DNA from: Holophagaceae bacterium | Lineage (GTDB): Bacteria > Acidobacteriota > Holophagae > Holophagales > Holophagaceae | Reading direction: 5' to 3' | Length of the DNA: 64,000 bases | NCBI GenBank assembly: GCA_016720465.1 | Contig: JADKKO010000004.1 | Coordinates: 1,569,394 to 1,633,393 of the forward strand | The notes under the pieces: model-generated | The model's input: the letters and a program-made list of their open reading frames with translations, nothing else | Told to the model about the DNA's origin: nothing | Database searches by the model: none | Part shown: in pieces, positions 62,476-64,000 of the stretch | Layout of the letters: every line of letters begins with the position of its first letter | How positions within the stretch are numbered: position 1 is the stretch's first letter | Position numbers and translations under genes: made by a program

Positions 62476-63464
62476 CACTTCACCTCCTTCACCAGGCGGC
62501 CAGCCTGGGCGTAGAGGCCGAGACCCACGTTGCGCACGTAGGCACCGAGGGCAGCTTCGCCGCCATTGGCCTTGAGTTCCGCAAGCTGCGAGGCCATGAG
62601 CCGCAGGGGCTCCACCTCGGCCTGGGCCTTGAGGGTTTCGATCTCCACGGCCCGCCTGGACTGGACGATCTTCTGGTCCGCGGAGGCCTGGGCCAGGCTG
62701 ATGTCCGAGGACACCTGGTTGTGCGCGGTGTTGATGGCCGCCAGGGCCGATTCCACTTCCGGGGGCGGGTCGATGCTCGTGATGAGCGAGGCGTCCAGCT
62801 GGACCCCGTAGCGGGCGGCCGAGGAGCCGCATTCCTTGTCCATGTGCTCGTTGATGTCGCGCAGGTTCTTGCGCAGGTCATTGATTGAAATTCCCGTCTG
62901 GACGGCGGGCGTGCCGTCGGCGGCGTTGGGCGCCTCGAAGTTGGCGATGCGCTCCCGCAGCACCGACACGAAGTAGCCCATCACATGGGCGATGGGATTC
63001 TTCACGCCGAACACGTAGGCATAGAGGTTCCGCTCGCTGATCTTGAAGCGGATCTGGCCCGAGAGGCCCGTGTTGAGCTGGTCCTTGGTGACGGCCTCCA
63101 GCACGGTGCCGCTCTGGTTGGCGCTGGGCGTCATGGGATCGAAGGCCATGCTGACGGTCTCCGTAGCGATGGAGACCTTGTAGACCTGTTCCCAGGGCCA
63201 CTTGAAGTAGGGGCCGCCCGGCGGGATGACCCGGACCTGGGGATAGGTGTAGCGCAGCTTCTCGTCGGCGTTGAGGGATGCCGAGATGGGATCCTCGGCG
63301 GTGGTGGCGTCCCCCAGGCGCTGGGCCCGCCCGAAGGAAGTCTTCACGGCCCGTTCGTTCTGGTTCACGGTGAAGATCCCCGCCACCAGGTAGCGCACGA
63401 GGAACCAGGCGATGAATCCCAGCAGCAGGCCAAAGGAAATTCCGGCGGTTATTTCGGGCAGCAT
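62475..63464 (-). CDS. SPFH/band-7 domain membrane protein (HflK-like partner)
   Basis: The start is Met19 of the ORF. N-terminal TM, SPFH core (VNQNERAVKTSFGRA...PGGPYFKWPWEQV) and a coiled-coil tail. Confidence 0.8.
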   Translation of the reverse strand: MLPEITAGISFGLLLGFIAWFLVRYLVAGIFTVNQNERAVKTSFGRAQRLGDATTAEDPISASLNADEKLRYTYPQVRVIPPGGPYFKWPWEQVYKVSIATETVSMAFDPMTPSANQSGTVLEAVTKDQLNTGLSGQIRFKISERNLYAYVFGVKNPIAHVMGYFVSVLRERIANFEAPNAADGTPAVQTGISINDLRKNLRDINEHMDKECGSSAARYGVQLDASLITSIDPPPEVESALAAINTAHNQVSSDISLAQASADQKIVQSRRAVEIETLKAQAEVEPLRLMASQLAELKANGGEAALGAYVRNVGLGLYAQAGRLVKEVK

Positions 63465-63610
63465 GGCAACTCCTGGGATTTGATGCCTGAGTGTATCCAG
63501 AGCGGTGCGGATGAACATGTGCTGTCGGGCACGATCAGCCGACTCCTATTGGTAGTGAAGCAGGTAGTTACCCCTTCGTGCGAAGATAGGCCATCTTTCC
63601 GGAGGATGAT

Positions 63611-64000
63611 ATGGAAGCGATGTTCGCTGGCATGACATGCATGACGCCCATCCTCGTGTTCATCGCCATCTGGGTGCTGAGCTGCCTGCGCGTGGTCAAC
63701 GAATACGAGCGGGCGGTGATCTTCCGGCTGGGGAAGGTGCTGCCGCAACCCAAGGGTCCGGGCCTCATCGTGATCTTCCGGCCCATCGACAAGGCGGTGG
63801 TGATCTCCCTGCGGACCGTCGTGCTGGAAGTGCCGAGCCAGGATGTCATCACCCGCGACAACGTGACCCTGAAAGTCTCCGCGGTGGTCTATTCGAAGGT
63901 GGTGAATCCCCTCCAGGCCGTCGTGGGCGTGGAGAACTACCAGTGGGCCACCAGCCAGATCTCCCAGACCACGCTCCGTTCCGTGCTCGGCGAAGTGACC
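63611..64000 (+). CDS. stomatin/prohibitin-type SPFH protein, N-terminal part (runs off the right window edge)
   Basis: GGAGGA lies about 5 nt before the ATG and the frame is open to base 64000. TM helix, then [16 protein letters not shown]...[12 protein letters not shown]...[10 protein letters not shown], typical of stomatin-like proteins. Confidence 0.85.
   Translation, partial: MEAMFAGMTCMTPILVFIAIWVLSCLRVVNEYERAVIFRLGKVLPQPKGPGLIVIFRPIDKAVVISLRTVVLEVPSQDVITRDNVTLKVSAVVYSKVVNPLQAVVGVENYQWATSQISQTTLRSVLGEVT

Overview
GC-rich, gene-dense chromosomal segment with about 60 supportable CDS and one tRNA-Arg(CCT). I see no rRNA, CRISPR array, transposase, integrase or phage gene. The host is a diderm bacterium (waaA, an OmpA-like porin, lipoproteins). 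The gene content (PEGA-domain Ser/Thr kinase, DUF4388, DUF2911 pair, hybrid histidine kinases, SpoIIE phosphatase) looks Acidobacteriota/Myxococcota-like, but taxonomy cannot be settled by eye. Most of the window is housekeeping: valS (split by a 1-nt frameshift), bioB, lipA, queE, trxA, a ribB-type gene, maeB, uvrC, scpA, ftsX, gmd/fcl, waaA, a fused E1 dehydrogenase and an ABC-F ATPase. The candidates most worth follow-up are: (1) a tight four-gene operon at 2671-6931 (alpha-oxoamine synthase, GNAT-like acyltransferase, extended SDR, Aur1/SMS-like PAP2) that matches the bacterial ceramide pathway plus a possible head-group transferase; (2) an 830-aa membrane-anchored protein at 56320-58812 built from two families of near-perfect tandem repeats, one Met/His-rich; (3) a 70-aa secreted Cys/Lys-rich protein at 51686-51898; (4) about 570 bp of mosaic palindrome-containing repeats at 9839-10410; (5) a DUF4388 / lipoprotein / ftsX operon with no ftsE at 37862-40943; (6) a secreted protein with three almost identical lipocalin-like repeats at 22315-23586; (7) a heptanucleotide microsatellite upstream of a ParA-like gene at 1940-2005. 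All functional calls rest on motifs read by eye in the supplied translations. No database search or computation was run. Internal start codons were placed by arithmetic from the ORF track.
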